Assembly (NCBI GenBank): GCA_965645245.1 | Contig: OZ287071.1 | Location: 2,666,001 to 2,730,000, forward strand | Reading direction: 5' to 3' | Length of the DNA stretch: 64,000 nucleotides | Source: Massalongia carnosa | Taxonomy: Eukaryota | Part shown: one piece after another, positions 27,540 through 40,700 of the stretch | How the letters are laid out: each line of letters opens with the position of its first letter | Numbering within the stretch: the first letter of the stretch is position 1 | Notes under the pieces: generated by a model | Database searches by the model: none | Told to the model about the DNA's origin: nothing | What the model saw: the letters and a program-made list of their open reading frames with translations, nothing else | Program-made: the position numbers and the translations under genes

Positions 27540-27625
27540 CTCAGACCTTGTCCCCCTATATCTGCTTGTTTAGGCACCCTGACGGTCAGACCTTGGTTCC
27601 CATATCTGCTTGTTTAGGCACTTTG
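27540..27625. repeat. About 46-bp direct repeat, 2 copies (cagacctt..atatctgcttgtttaggcac)
   Basis: Two visible copies; the MULE-B derivative is inserted at the start of the first. Confidence 0.7.
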
Positions 27626-27684
27626 CCAGGCGCCTCCCGAGGCTCATGATGGATGCCCATATTGATGGTGGCCTCATCATGTAA

Positions 27685-27942
27685 CATCTAACAGAAAACA
27701 TCTAACAACAGCTGACAGCATCTAACAGCAAAGGGGTGTCATCTAACAGAAGCCTCTATTATCTAATAGCAAAGTGCGTCATCTAACAAGAATTGGAAGC
27801 ATCTAACGGCAGCGGACAGCTTCTAACAGCAAAGCGTGTCATCTAACAGAAGCTTCTATCATCTAATAGCAAAGTGAGTCATCTAACAAGAGCTAGAAGC
27901 ATCTAACAGCGGACAGCATCTAACAGCAAAGTTGATGTCTAA
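27685..27942. repeat. Non-coding array of (c)atctaaca motifs with 20-bp period and 100-bp higher-order repeat
   Basis: atcta/ttcta starts at 27741, 27761, 27781, 27801, 27821, 27841, 27861, 27881 and 27901, with looser copies on each side. 27741-27840 is repeated at about 27841-27930. Confidence 0.9.
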
Positions 27943-28224
27943 TCCTTGTGATTATTAATCTTTAGCAACGGTTAACATATAATGATATCCATTAACCTGT
28001 AACAATAGTTACCAGGTGTCATGGAAGCGGTAACGAGTCCGTGGCACTTCAGACCTGAAGCGTTGAAGACGGCGGACATAGCAGAGGACAACAGTGTTCT
28101 TTGCGGAGACGATAGTAATGAATATAGTAAGCACCCCCGAAAAGCCTAATTCCTGCCCTAGACCTGCTCATCGACGCTCCGCAACGGCCCTTCGCCACAT
28201 TCTTTGTGAACTGAATATTCACCT

Positions 28225-28410
28225 CTTATACCACCTTTTGACCATCATCTAGACTATCTTTCGTCAACCATTTATCTACCATCCAGATCACAACCCAGAT
28301 TACCTTTCGACCACCATCCAGACCACCGTCTATACCACCTTTTGACTATCATCCAAACCACCTCTTGCATACTATCGATACGATCATCCATATCTTTGAC
28401 TACTGTCCAT
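28225..28410. repeat. Degenerate accaccttttgacc / accatccagacc repeats
   Basis: tataccaccttttgac..tcatc occurs at about 28227 and 28332, with several accatccaga copies between. Confidence 0.5.
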
Positions 28411-30062
28411 ACGAAGGATGCTGTGACATGTGTAATCTATATCTCGATGAACAAATCAAGTAGTGGACTCTATTTGTCAGGTTAATATAACCAACCGAGT
28501 CCATTTGTATTGCGACCGAGAGCGCCCCCATATCGCACGTCCCATATATCTAGACCTTCATGTGCTCTTGAATCCTTCAGACTCAATGGATTGGGTGTTT
28601 GGTTTATGTTTGGGATTATAACTTAATGTTTAGGATTATAACGTAACCTGTTGTGTTATGTTGAGATGAAAGAGAATTGGTTTCCTAAACGCATGCGCTT
28701 TTCAATAGGATAAGGAAGGGCTTCCGTCTTAGAGGGACTGTTGTTCCAGAACAGATGAGCTTAATATGTCGTCGCGGTAGTAGTTGATCTTCTAAGACTT
28801 CGGCTCTGAAGGGATTAAGCAGGCTTTCTCATCATCAATTCAAAGAATAATGAGAATCACAACCACGTAGTGATGTAGAATACTGTTGATCTTCGAGAAC
28901 TTAATGTGCGTAACTTTATCTTCGACGAGACATGTGAGTTGGGTTGCGCATTATAAAGATATTTTATACGCAAGATACAAAAGCTGCAACGAAGTCAATG
29001 TATGACGATGCGACATGTAAAAAGAGCAGCTGAACAACCAAGATTACTCTGCGACAGATAAAGAGGACGTAAAGATAGAATAGAGCGGATAAAATACGAC
29101 TGAATTATTAAAAGGTCGAGGTACCTTGTGTGCTTGTACACGGATGACGGAGTATCCCATCGCCTCGCCTCACCTCCCCTAGCTCGCCTGCCTAGTGTCA
29201 TCTACCGAAGTATTTCGGCGACCGAGGTATTTCGTAGACCGAAAATACGAGATAGTATGTGCAAGGTATAGAAGAACTTAGGTGGTTGATTGTCCTATTC
29301 TATATAGATCAATAATCAAGCACTTCAAAAGGGTAGCATTTAGTCTGCCCTTTGACCCGACCTTACCTATTTGTACCTCTGTTGTGAGCATCACGTTGTG
29401 TAGCCCCTGTGGATCCCGTCTTCCAGTAGTGAATGCCTGCTGGGAGAAGGTCTCCCCGTTTCAAAAACAGCCGGAAGTGTTGTGTCTTGAATTATAAGAA
29501 ATTTATTGTGTTGATAAAAGTTGAATATTTTAGAAATATTCAAGTCTTATGCATAATATAAAATGATTGTCGGTAGAAATCAATCAGCGAAGAAGCGATT
29601 GCTTGCGACTGTTGTGGATGCAGAAAAAAAACACTCTCGACCCAGAGGAAGAGAAAAAAAAGTCGATCGTCAAAACGATACGAACTTCGGTGTTCGACGT
29701 AGAAAAGTCGTCGGGCTTCAAAATAAGCGGCTGAGAAAAGCGGCTGAAGAAAAAACCTTATGGTTTCGAACACGAGACTGAGATGCACGGAGGAAAATTG
29801 AAAAAAAAACAATTGATTATCCGAAGTATTTGGTGTCGAACTTGTTTATTCATGAAATCCCTGACATAGTATTCTTACGCTTCATTCGCCGTCGAACTTG
29901 ACGATGTTCTCGCGACCATAGCCTTTGCCGCAGACCTTCACCGCCTCGTTTTATAACGTCTGCCCTGTGCTGCGATGAACCGCTTCTATTGACCCGCCTC
30001 TACAGACGGAGCGAGCGTCTGTCTACTCGTGCATTTATTTTCCAAACACGGAAACGCCGCGT

Positions 30063-32090
30063 TTACGTCTCGTCCGGGATAGCGAAAAACTCCAAGTCTT
30101 TTCCGAGAGTGACACCCTTGACTTTCTTCCGTCTTCTTGCCTTGACGAGTAGCTTTAGGAGCTTCCCGCTACTCTTTGGGACATCCGTCTGTAGGAACAT
30201 GAACGAGATCAACAAGACCGGCGCAGACACGGCAATCCAAGCCCAGAGATGGATCGATGAGCTGGTGCCGAGCTCGGTTACATTCATGCCAAATAACGCA
30301 GCCGTGAAGGATAACGGAACGAAGAAGAAGGCAAGTTTAGTTAGTTTGGCGACCTTTTCCGCCTGTATCAAGGCATTCTGCGACTCTTGAGCCATGGCGT
30401 TTTTCATGATGATTTCCATGCCCGTGTCGCATTCGGCCGCGAGCGCTCGGGCCTGAGCGAGGAGACATTCGAAATCCTTGACCAAGCGAAGGGTGGCCTT
30501 CTGTGCAGTGAACTCGGGGTTCTGATGAGGTGGCCAATCGCAGTCCGCTCGGCCCTGAATGAACGTGATAATATCTCGAATGTATTCCGCATGGCGCTCG
30601 AGGAACTGTTTGTTGTAAACCACATTTGACAAGGCTTGGCTATCTCGCTGGATAATAATCGGGTGATTGAGTTCGGCCCGTAGACTTTTCTTTATCATGT
30701 TAAACAGCTGTTTTTTCGTGAAAGCTTCAAATCGGAGAACATCATGTATGGCATATACCGGATCACAGGCCATGATCTCTGGATTAAGCTTCTGACCGTA
30801 GTTCAAGTGAAGGAGAGAAGCGCTCTGGAGAATATCATCGTGCGGCCGGGGCAATCCTGTAGTATCGGCCAAAGGTGGGCGAGGTCGGTGTTGCTTCAGC
30901 GCGACTCGTGGGCTATGCTGAATAGTGGGGAAATATTCGATTTGCCAAGATTTCGTGCTCCAAGGCTCAGTGTTCCAAGGCCCGTGGGGGCTTCGGTTCA
31001 AGTCGTTGCCGACATCGAGCCAGATGATTGCTATCGAAGCGTCAGCATATAGGGTCTCGCTTAATCGTTTCCGCTCAGGATGTATACCGATCCAACCTCT
31101 CTGCGCCGCCGTGATGTATATCGAAATGTTCTGTTCGATCGAAAAGTACTCTCTGTCATGAATCGAAAAGTCCCGCACGATGGAGTCGCCGAGGTGTGCT
31201 TCGGGGTTGCGCTGTCTGGATAGCCCGTCAAAATATTCTCTCAATGAAGCTCGCGCTTCCTTCCTCATCGCATCTAGCTCTCTCTGCGACAGTGGACAGG
31301 TTCTTCCGCGTGCCTTGCGAACACCAATGGTCGTTACGCGCAGGCGAAGCATGTTTAGATTCGTTGAGGGCAGCGAAGGGGATGAAAAGTAGTCTGGCCT
31401 TCCGATCGTCGCAGCAAAGTCGCGGTGCCGGCAGAAGAACTCCGGATCGACATGGTATTTGGCTCCAATATGATTGAGCCATTCCGGCGACGCGTTCCCT
31501 CGAAGAAACAGCAGTCTTCCATCCTTGCAGGCATCGTAGCTGGATCCCTCTTGCTCCTCACGGCGAGTGCGCTCTGCTGGCCCATCTACGTCGGAGGTTG
31601 CGGTGTCATTATCAATGCCGTCCAACTCCTCAGGCGTCTTCACGTATCGGAATCGCTCCGTCCCCTTCTTTCCGAGTCGGTACAAGGCTGCAAATTCATC
31701 ATTCTGATCCCGGGGATCAGCGATCGTGCCTCCGGCGGGGACCGATGGAGCATGGGTTTGGAATGGCTCCAGGAGGTATGAGGCAAGGCTGCCAAAATTG
31801 TGGCCGGGATAGAGCGAGTCGGCAATGGACTGCTCGGAGTGTGCTTGCACTGCGTTGGCATATCTGCGCGGAGTTCCTGAAGTCACGTACAACACGGTTA
31901 TAGGTTAGCCTTGCCTTCTCACGACACGTGACTTCAATCAGTCTAACGAACGTTGTTTGCTTCGCCCGAATTTGGACTGGAGAGGAATGAGGGTGGGAGA
32001 CTGTTGTCGCAACGGATGGGTGTGAGTTGACGTTGCGGCGGAACTTGGCCGTGCTGGCCTACCAATAGAGACTACATCGTTGGAGGTCAT
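30063..32090 (-). CDS. CorA-like membrane protein (long fungal type, about 631 aa), 3 exons: 32090-31952, 31876-31088, 31030-30063
   Basis: C-terminal KLTKLAFFFVPLSFTAALFGMN followed by a second TM helix (WAWIAVSAPVLLISF). N-terminal LFLRG..SPEWLNHIGAKYHVDPEFF. Introns 31951-31877 (GTTCGT..GCTAAC..CAG) and 31087-31031 (57 nt) give an uninterrupted frame. Confidence 0.85.
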
Positions 32091-33052
32091 CACGCTTCAG
32101 CTCTTGTACATTCCACGCAACGAGGCGATTGGAGAATTACAATGGCCAGGCTTTGTGTGGTGTAATCGTAAGACTTACGTCTGGGGTTCTGACGATCCCT
32201 ATTGCGACTCTGCCAATTCCCACGGAGAAAAGAGATAAAGGTTCCTGATTCATGTCTTCATATTATGCGGTAAGAGTCTCTGCTTTTAAGCTATTGTGAT
32301 GAGCCTTTCACTCTCATCGTCGCGGAGCCGCAGAGGTCTTTGATATGAGGAGCCACGAGGACTTCTCGGCATCAGCAAGGCATCATGTACGACACGAAAG
32401 ACAGCAAACCGCTTCGCAGACGATAGGAGAGTAGGAGATGCACGTAGACTTGAAATCCACGACCAATCGACTATTCTCCAACCCTTTCGACAATGAATTG
32501 ACGTGTACTCGGTTTGATATTAATCTTTTCCTAACTGGTCCGTGTCATCCTCTTCCATGGTAGAGAATATCTTGCTAGAGAGTACCTTCTTCTAACCTCT
32601 TGTGCCTGATGCCTTGGTGTTCTTACGAAAGCAGGTGAAACAGCATGGACTCTATTGTATTACCTTTCGAAGAAACAAGTGCACTAGATGTGGCACCTTT
32701 AATTGGTCCCGGGTGAATGCGGCCTAATTAACGATTAAGCCATAAGAATTAAAATCCCCATTCGGGTCCATCGTTCCTCGTGTGGCCTAGAAATGCTGTG
32801 TTCGGTTTTTTATTCGGCCTCAACTGTTGAGCTGCCCAACGGGCCACAGCAAATTGAGATTTTGGGCACGGGTGTGGTGTTTATTGCATGAGGGAGGGGG
32901 CTCAGTCAACCCAGCAGGCACCCGTGCGAATCAGGCGCTTTCGAAAATTTGACTCATGTCGGTGGGTGATCATAGGGATATAGGTATTACAAATTGCTAC
33001 TCCCTAGCGCCAATAGACCCCAGCGAAATTCGAAGCTTCATTATTAAGTTAA

Positions 33053-35525
33053 GGGAATCAATACCGGGACACCCCTTTTCACTACCTTGACACCCCATTT
33101 CACTATATTAACACCCCCCAAGTAAGCTAACCAAATCGGGTTGTTTCTCCGTTCCGGAGCTGGAACTTCTAAAATTTCTGCACTCATATCTGCATCCATT
33201 CCATTCGTCATTGCATGCACATTAACCAATCAGCTATCAATATAAATCTTGCCCCTCCCACCCACATGCTGAACGAAACATATGGATCGCTCAATCTTCT
33301 TCTTGTCGCCATGCAAAAACACGCAGGCTCTGAGGGGTATGCTGTCTGCTAGCTTCGCACCAAAAAGTGTGCGACCACTGGATTGATAGACACATGTTAT
33401 ATTTGTTGCGACCGAGGACGAAAGGACCGTCAGCCTCGAGGACAGAAACGCTTACATGGAACCTCCAGGACCATTGACTGTCCTTTCTCTGTAGTGGTCA
33501 AGTCTAAAGACGATGAATGGATAGTTCACGATATTCGAAATCTAGTCCACAATCACTCTGCTACCGTGGAAGGCTCTCATCCATCGCTCAGAAAACTTGC
33601 TATCACCCCAGCTATAGCTGATGAAATTGTGCGCGCAACGAAGGTGCAAATGAAACCGAGTCAAATCCTTTCGTCTCTTCGGCTCGGTCAGACTGACGAT
33701 ATAAATGACAATAATCCTCTTTTCAAGCGACAAGATATTTATAATGCGAAGGCGGAAATTCGACACAAGGCACTAGGACGACTGACTCCCATTCAGGCGT
33801 TGATGCAGGAGTTAAATCAGCCTCATTGGTATGTACGGAGAAGATGCAATGTTTTACATACTAAATTGCAGTAGGAATTCGTTTTATCTCAAAGACAATC
33901 TCGATCGCATAACACATCTTTATTTCAGCAAAGATTCCTGTCAAAGCACCCTGATGACCAACCCCGACGTGTTAATCATGGACTGCACCTATAAAACAAA
34001 CAGATACAAATTACCATTGATATCAACAATGGGAACAACGGCCCTAAACACCTCATTTTATGTTGGGTTTGCCTTTCTTCGTCAAGAACGTAAAGAGGAC
34101 TATGTTTGGTTTCTTCAACAATTAAAAACCTTTTATCGAATGCTGAATATTTCCTATCCAAAGGTATTAGTCACCGATCGAGACATTGGCCTCATGGCCG
34201 CTATTTACAGTGTGTTTCCTGACACACGTCATTTGTTATACTTGTGGCATATTCACAGGAATGTTCAGGAGCATTGGAAACCTGTTTTTAGACATAGTGC
34301 TCATTCCAACGATGACTGGATGGCCTTCGAAAGCATGTGGCATGCGGTGGTTTATTCAAAGACCGAAGAGGAATATGAGGTCAATTGGGACGCTCTGAAT
34401 GATGCTTATTCACATGATCATTCAGCGGAAGTGCAGTATCTGGTAGACACATGGCTAGCCCCATATAAATGAAAATTCGTCAAGGCATTCGTCGACAAAG
34501 TTCTTCATTTCGACAATATTGCTACCTCTAGTGTGGAGGGGGGCCATGCTGTCTTGAAACATCAGTTGGGATTTTCTACCGGTGATCTCAAAACGGTGGT
34601 TGACAATATTGATTTGTTACTAAAGAATCAGCATCAAGAGTACGTGATAAAACTGGATGAGGCTAAAATGCGCTTTCCTACCCGACTACGAAGACCTCTT
34701 TACAGCGATGTAAGGGCTTATATCACGCCTTTTGCATTGTTGAAGGTGCATAGTCAGTACGAACGTCTTTTGGATCAAACGACCCCTCTTTCATTATGCA
34801 CCGGGGCATTTCGAGCAACAATGGGGCTACCATGTGCTCATGAAATCCAGGAAAGTTGATAAACTGAAGGAAATAGCCCTGAAAACGTACTAATTCTATT
34901 GCAATTAGGTTCGACTTTTGGCCCGGCCCCCAATGTGCTTCAGCGCGACGACATTCACATCAAATGGTGGTTTCAGCGCCCCCTTGATCGGGCTTATTAT
35001 CGCCACGAATCACCACCTCCAAATGTCATCGATCCTTTGCTATTGGTGCGCGACCCCGAGGTAGCAGCGCGACCCCGAGGGCGTCCGTCAATCGCGATGC
35101 GTTTACAATCGGAAAGAGCTCAACGGGAGGCTGATAACTCTACCCAACGGGAGTTATCAGGGTTCGAACATGTCGAGGAGGTGTTGAATGGGCCTCCGAA
35201 GCGGGGGCGAGGGCGAGGGCGAGGGCGAGGGCGAGGACGGGGCAGAGGACAGTCACAAGGTGAAGGGGTGACTTCCGGTGAAGCTATTCAATCGATTGAA
35301 GTAGATGGAGTGGGTTTGCTCCAGGCCTTTCAAATGTAAACACGAAATGAAGCCCAATTCAATGAAACAATCATCGAGAAAGCATCAAACGGCTGTCTAA
35401 AACACACCTGAATCGAGCATGTTTTCTCCAATTATTTCTGCGCCTGAGGGAAATTTATACCCGATTTGGTTAGCTTACTTGGGGGTATTAATGTAGTGAA
35501 AAAGGGTGTCCCGGTATTGATTCCC
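33053..35525 (+). mobile_element. MULE/Mutator family C element with both TIRs; transposase pseudogene
   Basis: TIRs GGGAATCAATACCGGGACACCC..cccccaagtaagctaaccaaatcggg and their inverse ending at 35525. Motifs CDRG..DCPF..HNH, LIMDCTYKTNRYKLPL, VTDRD, LWHIHRNV, EGGHAVLK, MGLPCAH, RPRGRP and a (GR)n tail. Premature stops. TSD not clean. Confidence 0.92.
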
Positions 35526-35583
35526 ATTATTAATTGTTGTGCACAGATGAGTTGAGTATAAACAACCAACCGCTCGGAGAGCA

Positions 35584-37589
35584 ATGAAGTTCCACACCCC
35601 CCTTAGAGTGAATCTCACGTCCTCGGCGCTTTGTGCATGTCATCCGGAATCTGGCGACCATCGGATCTTCAAGGTTGGCGAGGCCGATTATTTGGCATAT
35701 TTATCATTCCAGGTGAGTAGATACTCATCCGTATGCAGAGACGCTAAGGATCGTCGTGCCAGCTCCCCAAATTCTTCTGTGGACAGGTAGAACGCCCTGT
35801 AACAGTACTTCCGGTTGATCCCCAGACGTCAATCACAAAAGAATGGCTCGACCGCACTCTGCACATGTGTCGAAGCGACGAAATCTTCGATCAGAGATTT
35901 CTTTCCAGCCTTGTCTTCGTCGGTGCCGCCAAGAAGGACATGACAAGAACACGTGAAGCCCGGGAGCTGATAGCACTTCTTGACGCTGATTGGATTGAAT
36001 TTATTCCAAAGAATCGATGCCCTCAACAGCCGACGCTTGGCCCTCACATACTTTACCACTGTCGACTCTGGCAGGCTTTCAGGCTATGCGATGATGTGTT
36101 TGGAGCCTTCATCATTGGCTTGTACCCACAAAGCCCCCCTTGTAAGTCAAGGCATGTGATGGGATATGAATGCAAATTCTTGTGTTAACGGTACCTAGAC
36201 CTAAAACTACCACCGTATAAGGAGCTTCTCGTCCCAGGGAAGAGCTATCAAACGATCAGCATTGCGATACCATCTCGCGTCGCCTCCTTGAACTTTTCCA
36301 AGTCACAACCTTTAGCGGGCAGACGTATCGTGGTGAAGGACCTGTTCCATTTGAAGGGACTCAGGACCTCATTGTGTAATCGAGCCTATCTCGACATCAG
36401 CAAGCGGGCTGAACAGACTGCGTCTGCCGTGACAGCTTTGACGGACGCAGGGGCTCATGTGCTCGGGATGACCAAGCTTAGTTCTCTCATCTCCCGAGAG
36501 GAGCCGACAGAAGCCGTTGACTATCCGATGGCTTTTAACCCCCGAGGTGATGGCTATCAATCCCCTGCTGGAAGTAGTAATGGCAGCGCCGTTGCTGTCG
36601 CGGCATACACGTGGGTGGATTTTGCAATCGGGACCGATACATCGGGCAGCGGCAGACGACCTGCGCTTGTAAACGGTATCTTCCAGCTACGGCCAACCCA
36701 TGATGAGCGACACCTCGACGGTATGGTGCCCACATTCACGGATTGGGACACACCCTGCTTATTTGGGAGAGATATCACAAGGTTCGAGGAGATCGCGCGT
36801 GTTTGGTATGCTTCAAAAATGTTGTCTAAGCCCCATGAGCGTCTCAAGAAACCTGCCATCATCTACCCGTTGGATTACTTCCCGGTTCAAAACACTATGC
36901 AGATGGAAATTGTAGATCGCTTTGTATCCGACCTGGAGAGATATCTAGGAGTCGTGATCTTTAAAGTATCCATCGCTTCATTATGGGACAAAGACCCGCC
37001 GCTAGAAGGCAAAGGTCAGTCGGTAGAAGACTACTTGAGAGACACGGTGATTAATAGCTATTATCGTGAGTTTTATGACAACACTGAAAAATTTCGGGCG
37101 ATGTATCGAGGGAAGCATCACAAGGAACCATTTGTCACTCCGTTTAATCGTTGGCGCTTGGAGATAGGCGAGCAGGTCTCTGAGGCGCAGTATGAGGATG
37201 GCAAACATCGTCTTTTGGTCTACAAGCAATGGTTTCTGAAAGCTGTGATGCAAGAGGGCGAGCTGGAAAGTTTCCTCGTGCTTCCGATTGCCAACGTAGA
37301 GCCTAACTACCGCGACACCCCGCCGCCTGAACCCAGTCCGCCAACGGGGTTTGATTCTTTGTTCATTCCTCCGATCCTGGGTTCACCGGACTTGGTCGTT
37401 CCTCTCGATGAAATTCCATACCACTCGCGCATCAGCAACAGGAAAGAGTTTCTGCCCGTGGCAGTTGATATCGTAGGGCTTCCACGCGCTGATCTTGCGT
37501 TGATCAAGACAATACAAGAATGCTTAAACGCAAGCGGAAGAAAACAGAAAGTCCACGCCGGCTCTAGGATGTTTCAAGATAATATCTAA
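35584..37589 (+). CDS. Amidase-signature family enzyme (about 632 aa), 3 exons: 35584-35712, 35763-36141, 36199-37589
   Basis: Catalytic motifs are intact: IVVKDLF (Lys), PAGSSNGSA (cis-Ser) and GTDTSGSGRRPA (nucleophile Ser). Two GT..AG introns (50 and 57 nt) keep the frame. The start codon is inferred. Confidence 0.88.
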
Positions 37590-37771
37590 AGCTGTTTATC
37601 GGGCTTTCCTTGGACCAAGGGGTTCGCCCGGCCCCGCTGTTTCCATCCAGTACTTCCGCCCGGTATGTGCCGTTCCATTGTATGTATCGCTGGAATCTGG
37701 CAGTTTTCATCAATGATATTTTGACATATGTGTGCTAACCTCACACAGACATCCACTACGCTAAGAATACT

Positions 37772-40700
37772 TCACTTTGACCAAAACGTAATGAGTGCGT
37801 CAAAATCCTGCTCTGTTAGGTCTTTGTATCCTTTAGTCTCCTGCGGTGAGAGGCTCTTCAACATCGCCGCGGCCTGCTTCAACATGACCATAGCTCCCTG
37901 CTCGTCACCAAGCCCATACATCACCTTCGCCTTTAAAAACGATGTCCTACCGATTTCCGGCTCGTAGGCCGTTTTGTCGGCATTCCAGACGGAAAGTGCT
38001 TGATCCACAAAGAGTAGAGCCTTTCCGTAATCCCTATGCCGTAGGCAATGCTGCGCAATCTTATGGCAAACATCCGCCGTTCGATGGTGATTATTCCCTA
38101 AAACCGCTTGATAGGAAGCAAGTGCTCTTTGATGATATGACTCGCTCTCCTCAACGAAACCTTGGTCGGCGCGGACGTTTCCGAGAGCATGTAGCAGTCG
38201 TCCTGTCCTACAGCGCGGTTAATTGCCCATTGTATCAAGTCCTGCCGCTCACGCTTACCGGAACGATTCGTGATCATCCTTGCCGAACATACTTTCCCTG
38301 TCAAACAACCCTTGTTTCAACACCTCATATGCCTTTTCGAGACGATCCTGTAGCCAGTACGCGAGTCCTAGATTCGCTAAGGGGATTGAGAGCATATACT
38401 TGTTAAAATTTGATAATTCCTGGTACGTGTCTATGGCTCTCTGGAAACTTGTTGCTGCTTGAAAAACGTTATTTTTCATCATCAACGCGGTGCCCATTTG
38501 ATTGTAAGCTATCCCAAGCCACAGGTCGGCTTTCCTGTTCTTCTCCCTTATCGTTTCCCGGATTTTCAACAAGGCAGCGTTGTGGTAAAAACACGACTCG
38601 GCGTCATTAGTCTCGTTGGCTACAGCTCCTAGGCTGTAATGAATATCGGAGAGCAGGTCTTCAATATCTCTATGCGAGTTCTGTTCACAAATCTCGTAAG
38701 CTAAGTGAAGAAGATCCCTATTGCCATCAGAGCTTTGGGAATTGCCCTTTTCTGTCTGCCACCTGCTCCCAAGGTCAGCGGCTAAGCAGATAGAGACCTG
38801 TAGCTGAACTAACAGCAGCAACGACAAATGGGGAAGACACCCACCAGCCGGCTTCGTTTAACAACATCGCGAACTTCACATGTAGATCCGAATCTCCTTT
38901 TAGTTTATGCTCGATATACAAGGTCCGCAGATAGAGGATATGCGGATAGATCCTTTGATACAAGGCCCATCTTTTGATATTATGCCGCCCCTCTAATGAC
39001 GCTTTCGGCCAGACAAGATGAACAAGGTTAACGGCGCTGGTGAACACCCACAGTCTTTCTTGGACATCCATCGTGCCTCGTACAATATCTTGCAGCACTC
39101 GATGAATCCAGAGCTCACCTTTCTCTTCGTTGCGACGAATAAGCGACCCACTCAGGAGCTCTGCCTGTGCAGAATTAAACTCGTTCTTAGTTTTAGGGAA
39201 TTCTAAAGGCACCTCTAGGCTCGTGGGATGAGACCTAAGAAGCTGTTCAGGAATGAAATCGGGGATACTATCCGGATCTAGAAACGCGAGGAGTTTCAGC
39301 AAACTTCTTGAATGCGGCTTAAGCGTTTCAATGGCCCAAACCGTTGCAACACTGCCCCGAGCTGCCAATTGCCGTGGTTGCAGTTCTAAGCTGTACAACA
39401 ATAGCCTCTCCGTCTGGTCATCATACGTGCTCAGAAAATCCGACTAAGTAAGCATCTGACGGTGAATGATGCCAGCCATTTGAGAAATTGCAAGGGGAAG
39501 GCCGCCTAATTTCTTTCCAATCTGAAGAGTGTCCTCTGGCTGGCGCGTCTTACCTACTATTTTGTACAGCAGAGCTCTGGCATCTTCATCGTTGAGTGGT
39601 TTGAGATCGACGGCCAACGAATTGGATGAGAAAGTGTCTTTGGCAAGTGGATGTCGACTAGTGACCAGGACAGATCCGCTAATAAAAAAGTGGGTATAAT
39701 GCGCAAGAACGTCTGGATCATCTGCATTATCGAATACGAGCAGCCAATTCGCTTCCGCTGTTCCAATAAAGTCGTTTTCGTGGTCGAGGAACTTTTTCGG
39801 ATTCGAGAGCCAGCCCTTGGCTAACTCACGGGAGATAACCTGGCGCTCTGCAGCATCACCGATTTCTTCAAGGCCAAGATATGAGGCAATCTTCGCGACG
39901 TCGGTATCCAGCTTATCCTGATCATCAGCACGCAACCAAAAAATAGCGTCAAACTTGTCTTTTCTTGAGAACACAAGCTCTAAAGCAATCTCGGTCTTCC
40001 CTAAGCCCCCCATGCCGCAAATAGCTGCGTATCTTCGCTGCTGCGACTCGGAAGAGACGAGAAATTCCTTTGTTGGCAGCAGAGTAGTGTCTAGTCGCTC
40101 CAGCACATCTCCGCGCCCGACGAAGTTACTGTTCTGCTGAAATGTCTCTACCATAAAGCACGGAAGCTTTGCCTTCTTTCGGACGGGAGAGAATTTGTCT
40201 ATGATTGGAACCATGATGGTGTCGAAAGCCGTCGAGCCATGGCTAGCTTGTCCGGTGTCGTCTTTTTGAGCGTCGCTCGTAGGCTCTGAGTTGGCTAGTT
40301 TACTCAACGCTTGAGACACAGCCTCAGCCTAAACCATATTATAGGAAGAGATAGGGCGCACCATTTCGCATTGCGCTGAGTGACGAAGTGCTACTTGATG
40401 TTGAGCTCGGCGCATTCCGAAGATGAACTTTTCGTATCAGCAAACCTACTCTAATTCTCAAGGACCAACCAATCTGAAAAGCGAGAAGCTTGACCGACAT
40501 CTTTTCATGCGCACTGCGATGTTTTGCATAGACACGTCAATAACATCCATAAGCCACTGTAGGACTTGGTTCTGGGCTTCTTCAGAATCATCTACCAGCT
40601 TGTGAAGACCCAGGTGGTTCAGCTGAAGACCAAGAAACTGTTCATAATGCGACTGCGTGGTGCAGAGTGCTTTGGCCACGAGCTACAACATTCAGTCAGT

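Noticed and set aside
27685..27942. CRISPR array
   Set aside because: The core is only about 9 bp, the spacers are about 11 bp and themselves repeated, there are no cas genes, and the context is eukaryotic.
28995..29400. Possible additional LTR with accgaagtatttcg repeats near 29205-29245
   Set aside because: No TG..CA pair with a matching TSD could be defined.
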